Shown: positions 18,049 to 27,363 of the stretch, in pieces | Numbering within the stretch: the first letter of the stretch is position 1 | How the letters are laid out: each line of letters starts with the position of its first letter | DNA from: Parcubacteria group bacterium GW2011_GWA2_43_13 | Lineage (GTDB): Bacteria; Patescibacteriota; Patescibacteriia; UBA9629; GWA2-43-13 | NCBI GenBank assembly: GCA_000999025.1 | Contig: LCFM01000005.1 | Coordinates: forward strand, 7,087 to 71,086 | Reading direction: 5' to 3' | DNA: 64,000 bases | Notes under the pieces: model-generated | Told to the model about the DNA's origin: nothing | What the model saw: only the letters and a program-made list of their open reading frames with translations | Database searches by the model: none | Position numbers and translations under genes: made by a program

Positions 18049-20667
18049 TCAATGTTTTTCATTAATATCTTCAAGTTTTACTGAAAACAGTCGCGATGAT
18101 GCGTCTTCATTCATGGTAACTCCGTAGAGAAGGTTTGCTTTGTTCATTGTTGAGCGATTATGAGTAATGGCAATAAATTGTGTTATGTGCGAGAGCTCTT
18201 CTAAAATAGTTGCAAAGCGTTCGGAATTCGCTTCATCAAGAGCGGCGTCAACTTCATCGAGTACGATAAACGGAGCGGGATTTGCGGCGATAATCGCGCA
18301 CAAAAGCGCGATAGAAGTCAGTGAGCGTTCTCCGCCTGACAAAGCTCCTATGTTAGTGATTTTTTTATTTGGAGGGCATGCTATAATATCAATTTCAATT
18401 GTGCGTTGGAGGTTATTCGGCGGTGTTTCTTCTGCATCCTCTTGGCGTTCTTCGATTTTTTGGCGCTTGGTTTCTTTCCGATAGGAGAGAGCGGCTTTGC
18501 CACCGGTAAACAATATTTTGAAATAATGATTAAAATGTTCATTTATCTTTTTAAAACTGTGAGTGAATTGTGTTTCTATTTTTTCATCGAGTTCGTGAAT
18601 GATTTTTATAAGATGCGTATGCGACTCTTTTAAGTCAGTGGATTGATGTGATAAAAAGTCGTATCGTTGTTTTGCTTCTTCGTACTCTTCCATGATTCCG
18701 TCTTCAATATCTCCGATTTGGTTCACTCGTTTTTTTGCAGTTATCATGTGCTCTGCGAGCGCTGTCAGGTGTTCGTTCGAAAGCGAATACTCTTGTGTGG
18801 GCGTCATGATTGTTTCCCATATATCGCGCGGAACTTCTTGTTGTATTTCATTTTTAATATCTTCCGAACGTTGTTCAATCCGCGCTTGTTCAATGAGAAT
18901 GGTATGAACATACTGCTCTTTTGAAGATAGTTCAGTGTTAATGTCATGTGATTTTCGTTGAATCGCGAGCATCCTTTCTTTATTGCGGTGTTGTTGAAAG
19001 TGGTAGGTTGACAGTTGTTCTGAAATTTTTGCGTATTCAGCTTGATATTTTTTATACTCGGTCTTGAGTCGTTCTCCCATTGTTGTGAGCGATGTAATTT
19101 TTGTTTCCTTGGTCCCTGTTTTTTGAATGACCAATTTTTGAGACAATGCATGTTCTTCGCGAGTGATGCGATCGAGTTGCTCGCGGAGCAGTGATTTTTT
19201 TTGCTCTGTGATTTTTTGTTCCATTTTATTTTCTTGGATGATTGCCGATAGTTCTTCGGATTCGACGTGCGCGTGTTTTATTTTTTTTTGCAGGTTTTTT
19301 ATTTCTATCGTCGTGTCTTTATGAGGACGCAAAAGTTCGGCAACAGAAGTGAGGGTTGAAATGATTTTTTTTACTCTGCTGATAAGACCTTCTTTTTTTG
19401 AATTATTGACGAGTTCATCCAAAAGAATCGCGCATTCATGAGAAAGCGTTTCAATTGTTTGTCGCGCGCCATGGTGAGAGGTGTTCTGGTTCTGGTGTTG
19501 AAGGTGTTCGAGTGTGTGGGTATCTGCAGTAAGGGCGGATAGTATCGTATCGCGCTCAATCTCTGTATCTTTCATTATGAGAGCTGATTGGGTTGTTTGA
19601 TTTTTAATGTGTATGAGCGATTGTTCAGTTGTCGTTTTTTCTCCTTCTATTTCATGGAGTCGCCGATGTATCCAGGCGATATCTCCTTCGCCTTTGAGTT
19701 CATATTGATGTTCGATATCTTGTTGGATACGGATAATTTCATTGTCCTTTTCCCGCATAGCGGAAAGCGCACTGCGCTGAAGAGCCAAGAGGTGTTCATA
19801 TTCTTCTGTTGTGCCGTTTCCCGTCCCCAATAGCTGAAATTCTTTTTCTTGTTCTTGTTGCGTTTTTTTTAAAGAGATGAGTTCATCCTCTACAGCTGAT
19901 GCTCGTTGTATTTTTTCAGATAACTCTTGATGCAACGCAGACCACATTCCTCCATAGTATTGGGTTTGAATATCGCGGAGCGTGTGGATGTATTCTTCGC
20001 GCTGTTTCCACCGCCTTACTTGTCGTTCTAATAGATGGAGACGAGGAGTTGTCTCGTTTAACAGGAGATCTGTTTCTGCTAAATGCTCTGCCGTGCGTTC
20101 TAATGTACGGGCCGCGCTGTCGCGTTTGATTTGGTAGTGTTTAATCCCGGTTGCTTCGTCAAAAAAATCCTTACGCTCGTGCGGAGACGCAAGAAGGATG
20201 GTATCTATCATGCCCTGACCGATGACAGCGTAGTTTTTTTGTCCCACATTGGCTTGTGCTAATAGGAGTTGAATCGAAGAGAGGGGAGTGGGGATCCCAT
20301 TAAGAAGGTATTCACTTTCTCCATTGCGATACAAGCGACGGGTAATAATGAGTTCTTGGTATTCAATATCAGCAGAGCGGTCTCTGTTATCAATGGTGAT
20401 AGTGACCTCTGCCCGAGAGAGTCGAGATGCTTTTTGAGATCCTGAAAAAATAACATCTTCTGATTTTTTTCCTCGCAAGAGTTTTAAGCTTTGCTCTCCC
20501 AATACCCACCGAATGCCATCTGCGATATTTGATTTTCCCGAACCGTTCGGCCCGATGATTGCGGTAATACCTTTGGATTTTTTTTGTCCTGAAGGTGGCC
20601 GAAACTCAAGCACGGTTTTATTCGCAAACGATTTGAACCCTTGTATGGAAAGTTGCTTTAAATACAT
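18049..20667 (-). CDS. smc: chromosome segregation protein SMC (short form)
   Basis: N-terminal Walker A GPNGSGKSN after MYLKQLSIQGFKSF. Long coiled coils. C-terminal LSGGERSLTSIALLCAI signature and Walker B FIVLDEVDAALD. Start moved to ATG 20667. Confidence 0.85.
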   Translation of the reverse strand: MYLKQLSIQGFKSFANKTVLEFRPPSGQKKSKGITAIIGPNGSGKSNIADGIRWVLGEQSLKLLRGKKSEDVIFSGSQKASRLSRAEVTITIDNRDRSADIEYQELIITRRLYRNGESEYLLNGIPTPLSSIQLLLAQANVGQKNYAVIGQGMIDTILLASPHERKDFFDEATGIKHYQIKRDSAARTLERTAEHLAETDLLLNETTPRLHLLERQVRRWKQREEYIHTLRDIQTQYYGGMWSALHQELSEKIQRASAVEDELISLKKTQQEQEKEFQLLGTGNGTTEEYEHLLALQRSALSAMREKDNEIIRIQQDIEHQYELKGEGDIAWIHRRLHEIEGEKTTTEQSLIHIKNQTTQSALIMKDTEIERDTILSALTADTHTLEHLQHQNQNTSHHGARQTIETLSHECAILLDELVNNSKKEGLISRVKKIISTLTSVAELLRPHKDTTIEIKNLQKKIKHAHVESEELSAIIQENKMEQKITEQKKSLLREQLDRITREEHALSQKLVIQKTGTKETKITSLTTMGERLKTEYKKYQAEYAKISEQLSTYHFQQHRNKERMLAIQRKSHDINTELSSKEQYVHTILIEQARIEQRSEDIKNEIQQEVPRDIWETIMTPTQEYSLSNEHLTALAEHMITAKKRVNQIGDIEDGIMEEYEEAKQRYDFLSHQSTDLKESHTHLIKIIHELDEKIETQFTHSFKKINEHFNHYFKILFTGGKAALSYRKETKRQKIEERQEDAEETPPNNLQRTIEIDIIACPPNKKITNIGALSGGERSLTSIALLCAIIAANPAPFIVLDEVDAALDEANSERFATILEELSHITQFIAITHNRSTMNKANLLYGVTMNEDASSRLFSVKLEDINEKH

Positions 20668-21101
20668 ACTGTCGGAGCAGTGATTATGTAGTGAGTAACA
20701 GGTAAGACACTGAAATAGTAGCACACAATGCGTAAGAAAATCGAGATGAAAAAAAACAGGCTGTGCCCAATAGATATAATGAGTCCTCAAACGGAGAGTT
20801 CATGGTATGAGGAGTTCATTATATAAATTGAGCACAGCTGGACGGGGTGTTATACACACCAACCCGCCACATCGCAACAAGGAATTGGATCACCACTTTC
20901 GGTTGGCCTGATGCGTATCAGGCGCAATGGGATGGAGGTGATGGATCTGGTGATGGATGCGAAAAGAGCTTTTTTGATATCCCCTCCTTGTTACATGATT
21001 CCGATGGAAGTAGTAACAATTATAGTATATCATATTTATGAAAACGCAAAACCCTTGCCTTGTAAGGTGAGGGTTTAATAGAGTGTGTCATACTTTGTCG
21101 T

Positions 21102-21797
21102 TTACCACCCTTTCACTTCAATCCCTTTTTCTGCGGCCGCAACTTGGGCCTCCTGTTTTGAGGATCCTGTGCCTTCGGCAATCATCTCATCTCCCAAAAA
21201 TACTCCAACGCGAAATGTTTTTGAATGATCTGGCCCTTCTTCATGCAGTACTTGATATGAGGGAGTAACGCCGATATGTTCCTGCGCCGCTTCCTGAAAC
21301 CGTGTTTTAGGATCTATGTAGAGCTTTTCTTTTAAAATCCTTGGCAAATGGCTAATGACAGCGCTCTGGATAAATGATTGCGCCGCGTCATATCCTTTAT
21401 CAAGGTAGATTGCACCAATAACTGCTTCAACCGCGTTGGCAAGAATATATTGCCGCGCTTTGGTATTGTTGTCTTTTGATTCTCCTTTGGAAAGGTAGAG
21501 AAAATTATTAAAATTCAGTTCTTGCGCAATATCTCCGAGCATTTTTGCGTTTACTAACGCCGCGCGCCAATTCGTGAGCTCGCCTTCAGGATTGTCGTAC
21601 TGTTGGTATAAGTATTCTGTAACAACAAGTTCAAGAACCGCATCGCCTAAAAATTCAAGCCGTTCATTGTGATCAAGTTCAAATGTTGGGTTTTCATTGA
21701 GATATGACCGGTGAACCATTGCTTGCTGTAAAAGTGCCGGATGAATAAACGTAACGCCGATCGTCTTTTCGAGTTTTGAAATATTTTTTTCTGTCAT
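21102..21797 (-). CDS. rnc: ribonuclease III
   Basis: RNase III signature ERLEFLGDAVLELVVTEYLY plus a C-terminal dsRBD. Confidence 0.9.
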   Translation of the reverse strand: MTEKNISKLEKTIGVTFIHPALLQQAMVHRSYLNENPTFELDHNERLEFLGDAVLELVVTEYLYQQYDNPEGELTNWRAALVNAKMLGDIAQELNFNNFLYLSKGESKDNNTKARQYILANAVEAVIGAIYLDKGYDAAQSFIQSAVISHLPRILKEKLYIDPKTRFQEAAQEHIGVTPSYQVLHEEGPDHSKTFRVGVFLGDEMIAEGTGSSKQEAQVAAAEKGIEVKGW

Positions 21798-21946
21798 GGA
21801 GTAAACATCCGCCCTTATCTATTGATCATCTACCTCGCGAAAGGGGTGGGCAATCAACAAACAAGGATGGGAGAGATAATGCCAAAGGGTTGCCTTGTTA
21901 GCATGGCGCATGCTCGTAAGAATGAGAGTAATGGAAAATAATGCAT

Positions 21947-22447
21947 TTATGTTTCAGATATATCAGAATGTTTTGGTGATGAGCTGTCTTTATTGTCTTG
22001 TGTTGCTTCTTTAGGGTCAGTGATTTTTCCTGAAGAGAGAAAATCGTTATACATGGAACCGAGTACTCCGTTGACAAATTTCCCTGACGATTCTCCTCCA
22101 AAGGCCTTTCCTAATTCAATGGCTTCGTTAATTGCAACGCGAGGAGGGACGTCGGCGCAGTGAAGGAGTTCAAAAATACCGATGCGTAGGATATTTCTAT
22201 CAACGATAGTAATGTGATCAAGCGGCCATTCTGGGGCATACTGTTCAATGAGAGGATCAATAATGGTATGTTCTTTTAAAACACCTTCTATGAGGCGTTT
22301 GGTAAAATCGCCATCATCAAGACCAGGCCCGAATTGTGATTTGTTATATGCCAAAAAATCGTGGATTCGGTCATCTCGTTTTCCATTAAAATCCCATTCG
22401 TAAAGCGTTTGAAGCGCAATGGTACGCGCGAGGTGTCGTGTTGACAT
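21947..22447 (-). CDS. nusB: transcription antitermination factor NusB
   Basis: NusB fold motifs (ARTIALQTLYEW..., DRNILRIGIFELL). Confidence 0.8.
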   Translation of the reverse strand: MSTRHLARTIALQTLYEWDFNGKRDDRIHDFLAYNKSQFGPGLDDGDFTKRLIEGVLKEHTIIDPLIEQYAPEWPLDHITIVDRNILRIGIFELLHCADVPPRVAINEAIELGKAFGGESSGKFVNGVLGSMYNDFLSSGKITDPKEATQDNKDSSSPKHSDISET

Positions 22448-22639
22448 GGCACAAAAGGGGACTTACGCTTTGGAAGCGCGATAGACCCCGCAAAAAGAGC
22501 ATGCGCGATGAGGTAATTTTGACTTTCCGCATGCCACGCATGAATCAAGCGATTTTTTCGCAAGGATATGATGCGTTCTGCGTCGCCGTGTTTGAGACGA
22601 ACTGTGCCGTTTGGGAGGTACAGACATAGAAGTAAAAGC

Positions 22640-22973
22640 AAAGGATACTGTTAAAAGATTGATGTTTTTGATAGTAATAGATTATTGGGGTTTTGGCAAG
22701 AAAGCCGGCGGACAATTCCATGATGTATAATTCGCAGGAAAATGCAAGTGATGCTATCCACACACAAGACACAGATAGTGAACAGGATCAGATGGTTTTA
22801 TTTTTCCCCAGGCCATGATACCATAACATTCACATAGGGATATGCGTGATGTGCCGAGTCGAGTCACTCATAAGGATTTATTACGATGATTATTGTTTTA
22901 TTGCTGTATTGTTTTATTGTTATCGTTTCATCGTAACAATAAAGCAATGGAACAATAGGGTAATGGGAGCGCT
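22640..22973. promoter_or_regulatory. candidate replication origin (oriC) / dnaA promoter region
   Basis: 527-bp intergenic region immediately upstream of dnaA. Contains one clear DnaA-box-like CTATCCACA at about 22753 and an AT-rich block with ATTGTTTTATTG repeats (22880-22950). Confidence 0.4.
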
Positions 22974-24344
22974 ATGACACCGGAACAACTCTGGCAAGCA
23001 ACGCTTGGTGAGCTCGAAGTATCACTCTCTCGCGCAAATTTTACAACGTGGTTTAAAAACACGTTTATTGCTGATATCTCCCAGCAGAAAATTATCGTCG
23101 CGGTTCCGAACGCATTTACAAAGTCATGGCTTGAGAATAAATATCACAAAGCGATTATAAAAGCATTACAACACTTAACCGACAATTCGGTACGAGAGGT
23201 ATTGTATCAAATTGTTACTCACGAAAAACAGGGGGGTATAAAGCATGATGATCCTGTTGCGCAAGAAGCGTTGTCGCCGTATGTTCGAACCGCACATTCG
23301 AATACGGCTCATGCAGAGTCGTCAGGCGGTTCAAAATATACCTTTGATAATTTTATTGTTGGAAAGGGAAACGAACTTGCCCATGCGGCAAGCTTTGCTG
23401 TTGCAGAAGTGCCTGGAAAAAAATACAATCCGTTATTTCTGTATGGCGGAGTGGGGCTTGGGAAGACACATTTAATGAGGGCAATATCTCATCATGTAAA
23501 GCTCCGCAATCCTCAAGCCAATGTACTGTATGTTACGTCTGAAAAATTTACCAATGATTTTATTCAAGCGTTGAAAGAGGGCAAAACAAAGGAGTTTAAG
23601 CTTATTTATAGAAGCCCTGATGTACTGTTGATAGATGATATCCAATTTATTACTGGCAAAGAGCAGACGCAAGAGGAATTTTTTCATACCTTTGAGGCGC
23701 TTCACCAAGCAGATAAACAAATTGTGATGACCTCGGATCGTCCTCCAAAAGCGATAGGCGCGTTACCTGACCGTCTGCTTTCTCGATTTGAATGGGGCAT
23801 GATTGCTGATATTTCATTTCCTGATCTTGAAACGCGGATCGCGATACTGACGTCAAAATGCGCGGAAAAGGGGTGTATTATTTCTCAAGAGGTTTTGGAA
23901 TACGTCGCTTCGAATATCCAGCATAATATTCGGGAACTTGAAGGTGCGTTGAATAAAATTATTGCGCATCACCAGTTATTTAATCACACTCCGACGATTG
24001 ATACGACAAAAGAGATTATTTCGTCATTGGCGCTTAATCCCACGAAAGGAGCGGTAACTCCGCGAAAGCTCATAGAGATCGTGGCGCGGTATTACGATGT
24101 TCCTATTGATGGATTAGTTGGTTCGAGTAGGAAAAAAGAACTTGTTGGTCCGCGTCAGATCGCGATGTATCTTTTAAGGGAAGAAGTGGATGCCTCATAT
24201 CCGGCAATTGGGCAGGATATGGGTGGTAGGGATCATACAACTGCAATGCATGCGTATCAAAAAATTGCTGAAGCATTGCATAAAGATGATCGTTTAAAAC
24301 AAGAAATTGCAAATATTACCCAGTTGCTGTATCAGGGAGCATAG
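22974..24344 (+). CDS. dnaA: chromosomal replication initiator protein DnaA
   Basis: AAA+ Walker A GGVGLGKTHL, Walker B LLIDDIQF, sensor motifs, C-terminal DNA-binding domain. Confidence 0.95.
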   Translation: MTPEQLWQATLGELEVSLSRANFTTWFKNTFIADISQQKIIVAVPNAFTKSWLENKYHKAIIKALQHLTDNSVREVLYQIVTHEKQGGIKHDDPVAQEALSPYVRTAHSNTAHAESSGGSKYTFDNFIVGKGNELAHAASFAVAEVPGKKYNPLFLYGGVGLGKTHLMRAISHHVKLRNPQANVLYVTSEKFTNDFIQALKEGKTKEFKLIYRSPDVLLIDDIQFITGKEQTQEEFFHTFEALHQADKQIVMTSDRPPKAIGALPDRLLSRFEWGMIADISFPDLETRIAILTSKCAEKGCIISQEVLEYVASNIQHNIRELEGALNKIIAHHQLFNHTPTIDTTKEIISSLALNPTKGAVTPRKLIEIVARYYDVPIDGLVGSSRKKELVGPRQIAMYLLREEVDASYPAIGQDMGGRDHTTAMHAYQKIAEALHKDDRLKQEIANITQLLYQGA

Positions 24345-24355
24345 GTATTTTTTAT

Positions 24356-26023
24356 ATGTCTAATCAAGGACACAAACAACAGGGCGCGGAGGAGGTATTA
24401 GATGAAAAAATGAAAGAGATAGAACTGAAACGGCAGGAACAAGAAGCTCAAGTTCATGCGGCGCAAGCAGGGGTTCAGTATATTAACCTTGAACATTTTC
24501 CCATTGATCAGGATGCGTTGTCATTCATTGAAGAGGTCCAAGCGCGCGCGCTTGGCGTCATTTGTATTTATCAAGAAATGCATATTCGTAAAGTTGCCGC
24601 AGTTCATCCCGAGCATCAGGCAGTGCAAGAATTTATTCAACAATTTTCCAATAATGGTGCCATAAAAGTTGATGTCGTACTGACAAGCCAGCATTCATGG
24701 GAAGAGGCGATGAAGTTGTATGCGCGGCTTCCAAAAAAAATAGTATTTTCAGACGACGTTACTATTAGCGCGGATATTCTTGCAGGGTTTCAGGAAAAAA
24801 TTAAAACGCTGGATGATTTAACACACGCGCTTGCCGAGGTCCAAATGACTGATAAAGTAGCCATGATATTGGCAGGTGGATTAAAAAGTGACGCCTCTGA
24901 TATTCATATCGAAGCGGAGGAAAATCGTATTATTATACGGTACCGCATTGATGGGATTTTGCATGAGGTTGCGCAACTTCCGTCAGAAACGTGGCAACAG
25001 GTGATTGCGCGGATTAAATTGATTTCAAAGATGAAAATTAATATTACGAGTAAGTCCCAAGATGGCCGTATTACAATTCGATTGAAAGACGACGCTGTTG
25101 ATGTTCGTGTTTCAACGATTCCGACAGCGTTTGGCGAAAGCGTGGTGATGCGTTTGTTGCGGTCATCTCACGCGGCTCATACATTTGAGGATTTGGGCTT
25201 ACGCGGGAGTGCGTACGCACTCTTGGAAAAAGAAATCGTTCGTCCCAATGGCATGATTATTACAACAGGCCCCACTGGTTCTGGGAAAACAACAACACTG
25301 TACGCAATCGTTAATAAATTAAATGATTCGAAAACAAAAATTATTACATTAGAAGATCCGATAGAATATAAATTACAAGGGATTAATCAAAGTCAGGTGG
25401 ACGCCGAGAAAGGATATACGTTTGCGGCCGGATTACGTTCCATTTTAAGACAAGACCCTGATATTGTGATGGTTGGTGAGTTGCGTGATTTGGAAACAGC
25501 GGATACTGCAATCAATGCGGCATTGACAGGTCATTTGGTTGTTTCAACATTGCATACGAATGATGCCGCAGGAGCTATTCCTCGATTTCTTGCCATGGAT
25601 GTTAAACCGTTTTTACTTGGCCCTGCGTTGAACGCGGTTATCGGCCAGCGGTTAGTCCGAAAGTTGTGTGAAAAATGCAAAAAACAAACACTACTTGCGC
25701 CTGATATGCAGGTGCGCGTAGATGCATTGCTTGCGGAATTACCTGATGCTGAAAAAGCGCAACTGAAGACGGAAAAGATATTTTATTTTGCTGTCGGATG
25801 TGAGGTATGCAATGGTATGGGATATAAAGGCAGGGTGGGAGTGTATGAGATTTTTCAGGTTGGAGATGACATTGAAAAAGCCATTAGCGAACAACGTGTT
25901 TCTGAAGCCGAAATGAGGGACATTGCGCGCGCTCAAGGCATGGTAACCATGGCGCAGGATGGTATTTTAAAAGCATTGGATGGAATTACAAGTGTGGATG
26001 AGGTGTTTCGGGTGACAGAATAA
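24356..26023 (+). CDS. second PilB/GspE-family secretion ATPase
   Basis: Walker A GPTGSGKTT and a tetracysteine CEKC...CEVCNGMGYKGR motif. Sits directly after dnaA where dnaN usually lies. Confidence 0.85.
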   Translation: MSNQGHKQQGAEEVLDEKMKEIELKRQEQEAQVHAAQAGVQYINLEHFPIDQDALSFIEEVQARALGVICIYQEMHIRKVAAVHPEHQAVQEFIQQFSNNGAIKVDVVLTSQHSWEEAMKLYARLPKKIVFSDDVTISADILAGFQEKIKTLDDLTHALAEVQMTDKVAMILAGGLKSDASDIHIEAEENRIIIRYRIDGILHEVAQLPSETWQQVIARIKLISKMKINITSKSQDGRITIRLKDDAVDVRVSTIPTAFGESVVMRLLRSSHAAHTFEDLGLRGSAYALLEKEIVRPNGMIITTGPTGSGKTTTLYAIVNKLNDSKTKIITLEDPIEYKLQGINQSQVDAEKGYTFAAGLRSILRQDPDIVMVGELRDLETADTAINAALTGHLVVSTLHTNDAAGAIPRFLAMDVKPFLLGPALNAVIGQRLVRKLCEKCKKQTLLAPDMQVRVDALLAELPDAEKAQLKTEKIFYFAVGCEVCNGMGYKGRVGVYEIFQVGDDIEKAISEQRVSEAEMRDIARAQGMVTMAQDGILKALDGITSVDEVFRVTE

Positions 26024-26028
26024 TAAGA

Positions 26029-26122
26029 GCAATCCTAACCTACTCATACATCCGAATCTACTAATACGGCGGACGTATTTGTAGATTAGCAGATTAGGAT
26101 GTCATTCGTAGATTAGGATTGC
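26029..26122. repeat. family-C palindromic element (about 94 bp), intergenic copy
   Basis: GCAATCCTAACCTACTCATACATCCGAATCTACTAATACG ... GTAGATTAGCAGATTAGGATGTCATTCGTAGATTAGGATTGC imperfect inverted repeat. A second copy lies inside tsaD at 32192-32316. Confidence 0.7.
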
Positions 26123-26124
26123 TT

Positions 26125-27363
26125 ATGATTATTGGTATTGACTTTTCCCGCGGTGAGATGGAACATCGCACCGGTGTGGAGTGGTATAGTCATAATATTG
26201 TTAAGCATCTACTTGATCTCGGCGCAGAGCACGAGATTGTTTTATATTCACGGAGGGGTGGGGTTTCCTCGTGTTGTAGAGATGGGGTTAACCCTGTCTC
26301 TATGGTGCATCTTCGCTGGCCATTCCGATTCGGCTGGACCCAGTTTCGTTTATCATTAGAAATGGTTCTGCGTCCGCCAGATGTATTGTTTGTACCATCG
26401 TATATTTTACCACCCATAACACCTAAACGCGTGGTAACTATGGTGCATGATGTCGCGTTTAAACGCCATCCAGAATGGTATTCTCAAAAACAAATACGAG
26501 TATTGGAATTAGGGATACGAAGGATTATTAAGAAACGTGTTGTTGTATTAGTGCCAACGGAATTTGTGAAACGAGAATTATTAAAGTTGTATCCGGAAAT
26601 GTGCGATTTGGATATTCGTGTCATTCCACATGGCGTTGATCACACGTTGTTTCGTCGTCGTTCCCCCTCGCCTTTACAAGGAGAGTCCGCTCCGCCAGCT
26701 GGTGGATGGCAGAGGGGTGAGGTGGTGGATACGAAAGTAGTACCCCCATCCCCGTATTTCCTCTTCATCGGTCGCTTGGAAAGTAAAAAAAATATTTCCC
26801 ATATTGTGGATGCATTTGTAGAGTTCGTCGGCGACGTTCCCTCGCCTTTACAAGGAGAGGGAAGGGTGAGGTCTTACGTAAAATCCGGCGACGTAGAGAC
26901 GGGGTTTCCGCCAGAGGCGGATCACCCACAGGGGGAAACTCCGTCTCTACAGACATCTCTCCTCCTCGTCGGTCGTCCTGGCCATGGTTACGAAAGATTT
27001 GCTCATAAATTGAATCATCCCAATATTCATGTTATACCATCGGTATCAGCCGAAGAATTGGTAATACTCTATCAAAATGCAATCGCATTGGTATTTTCAA
27101 CATTATACGAAGGGTTTGGTATGCCCATTCTTGAGGCCATGGCATGCGGATGTCCGGTAATCACCTCAAAAGGCGGTGCGTACGAAGAAGTGGCAGGAAC
27201 TGCCGCGTTATTGGTTGATCCTCATAATATATTAGATATTGCGGATGCAATGATAAAGATTCAATCAGGGGGCTGGAAGGAAAAAGGGTTAAAAAGAGCG
27301 CATCAATTTTCATGGGACGCATCAGCCCAACAAACATTAGCACTCGTATGCAACAAATATTGA
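26125..27363 (+). CDS. glycosyltransferase family 4 carrying in-frame repeat insertions
   Basis: N-terminal GT4 domain and C-terminal EGFGMPILEAMACGCPVITS motif. The middle (26650-26990) is built from family-A and family-B repeats translated in frame (SPSPLQGE..., VPSPLQGEG..., DVETGFPPEADHPQGETPSLQT). Confidence 0.75.
   Translation: MIIGIDFSRGEMEHRTGVEWYSHNIVKHLLDLGAEHEIVLYSRRGGVSSCCRDGVNPVSMVHLRWPFRFGWTQFRLSLEMVLRPPDVLFVPSYILPPITPKRVVTMVHDVAFKRHPEWYSQKQIRVLELGIRRIIKKRVVVLVPTEFVKRELLKLYPEMCDLDIRVIPHGVDHTLFRRRSPSPLQGESAPPAGGWQRGEVVDTKVVPPSPYFLFIGRLESKKNISHIVDAFVEFVGDVPSPLQGEGRVRSYVKSGDVETGFPPEADHPQGETPSLQTSLLLVGRPGHGYERFAHKLNHPNIHVIPSVSAEELVILYQNAIALVFSTLYEGFGMPILEAMACGCPVITSKGGAYEEVAGTAALLVDPHNILDIADAMIKIQSGGWKEKGLKRAHQFSWDASAQQTLALVCNKY
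26276..26303. repeat. family-A element copy inside GT4 gene
   Basis: GTAGAGATGGGGTTAACCCTGTCTCTAT. Confidence 0.7.
26653..26727. repeat. family-B element copy (CGTCGTCG..CCTCGCCTTTACAAGGAGAG..GGTGGATGGCAGAGGGGTGAGGTGG)
   Basis: Shares the CTCCTTTACAAGGAGAG palindrome and GGGGTGAGGT tail with copies at 26826, 28191, 29295 and 50848. Confidence 0.7.
26826..26872. repeat. family-B element copy
   Basis: CGTCGGCGACGTTCCCTCGCCTTTACAAGGAGAGGGAAGGGTGAGGT. Confidence 0.7.
26893..26950. repeat. family-A element copy with 30-nt internal loop insert
   Basis: GTAGAGACGGGGTTTCCGCCAGAGGCGGATCACCCACAGGGGGAAACTCCGTCTCTAC. Confidence 0.7.

Noticed and set aside
20668-21101. ncRNA (RNase P, tmRNA or SRP) in the 435-bp rnc-smc spacer
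   Set aside because: No conserved RNase P P4, tmRNA tag-frame or SRP domain-IV motif seen by eye. Contains only local GGTGATGGAT repeats and the rnc terminator hairpin.
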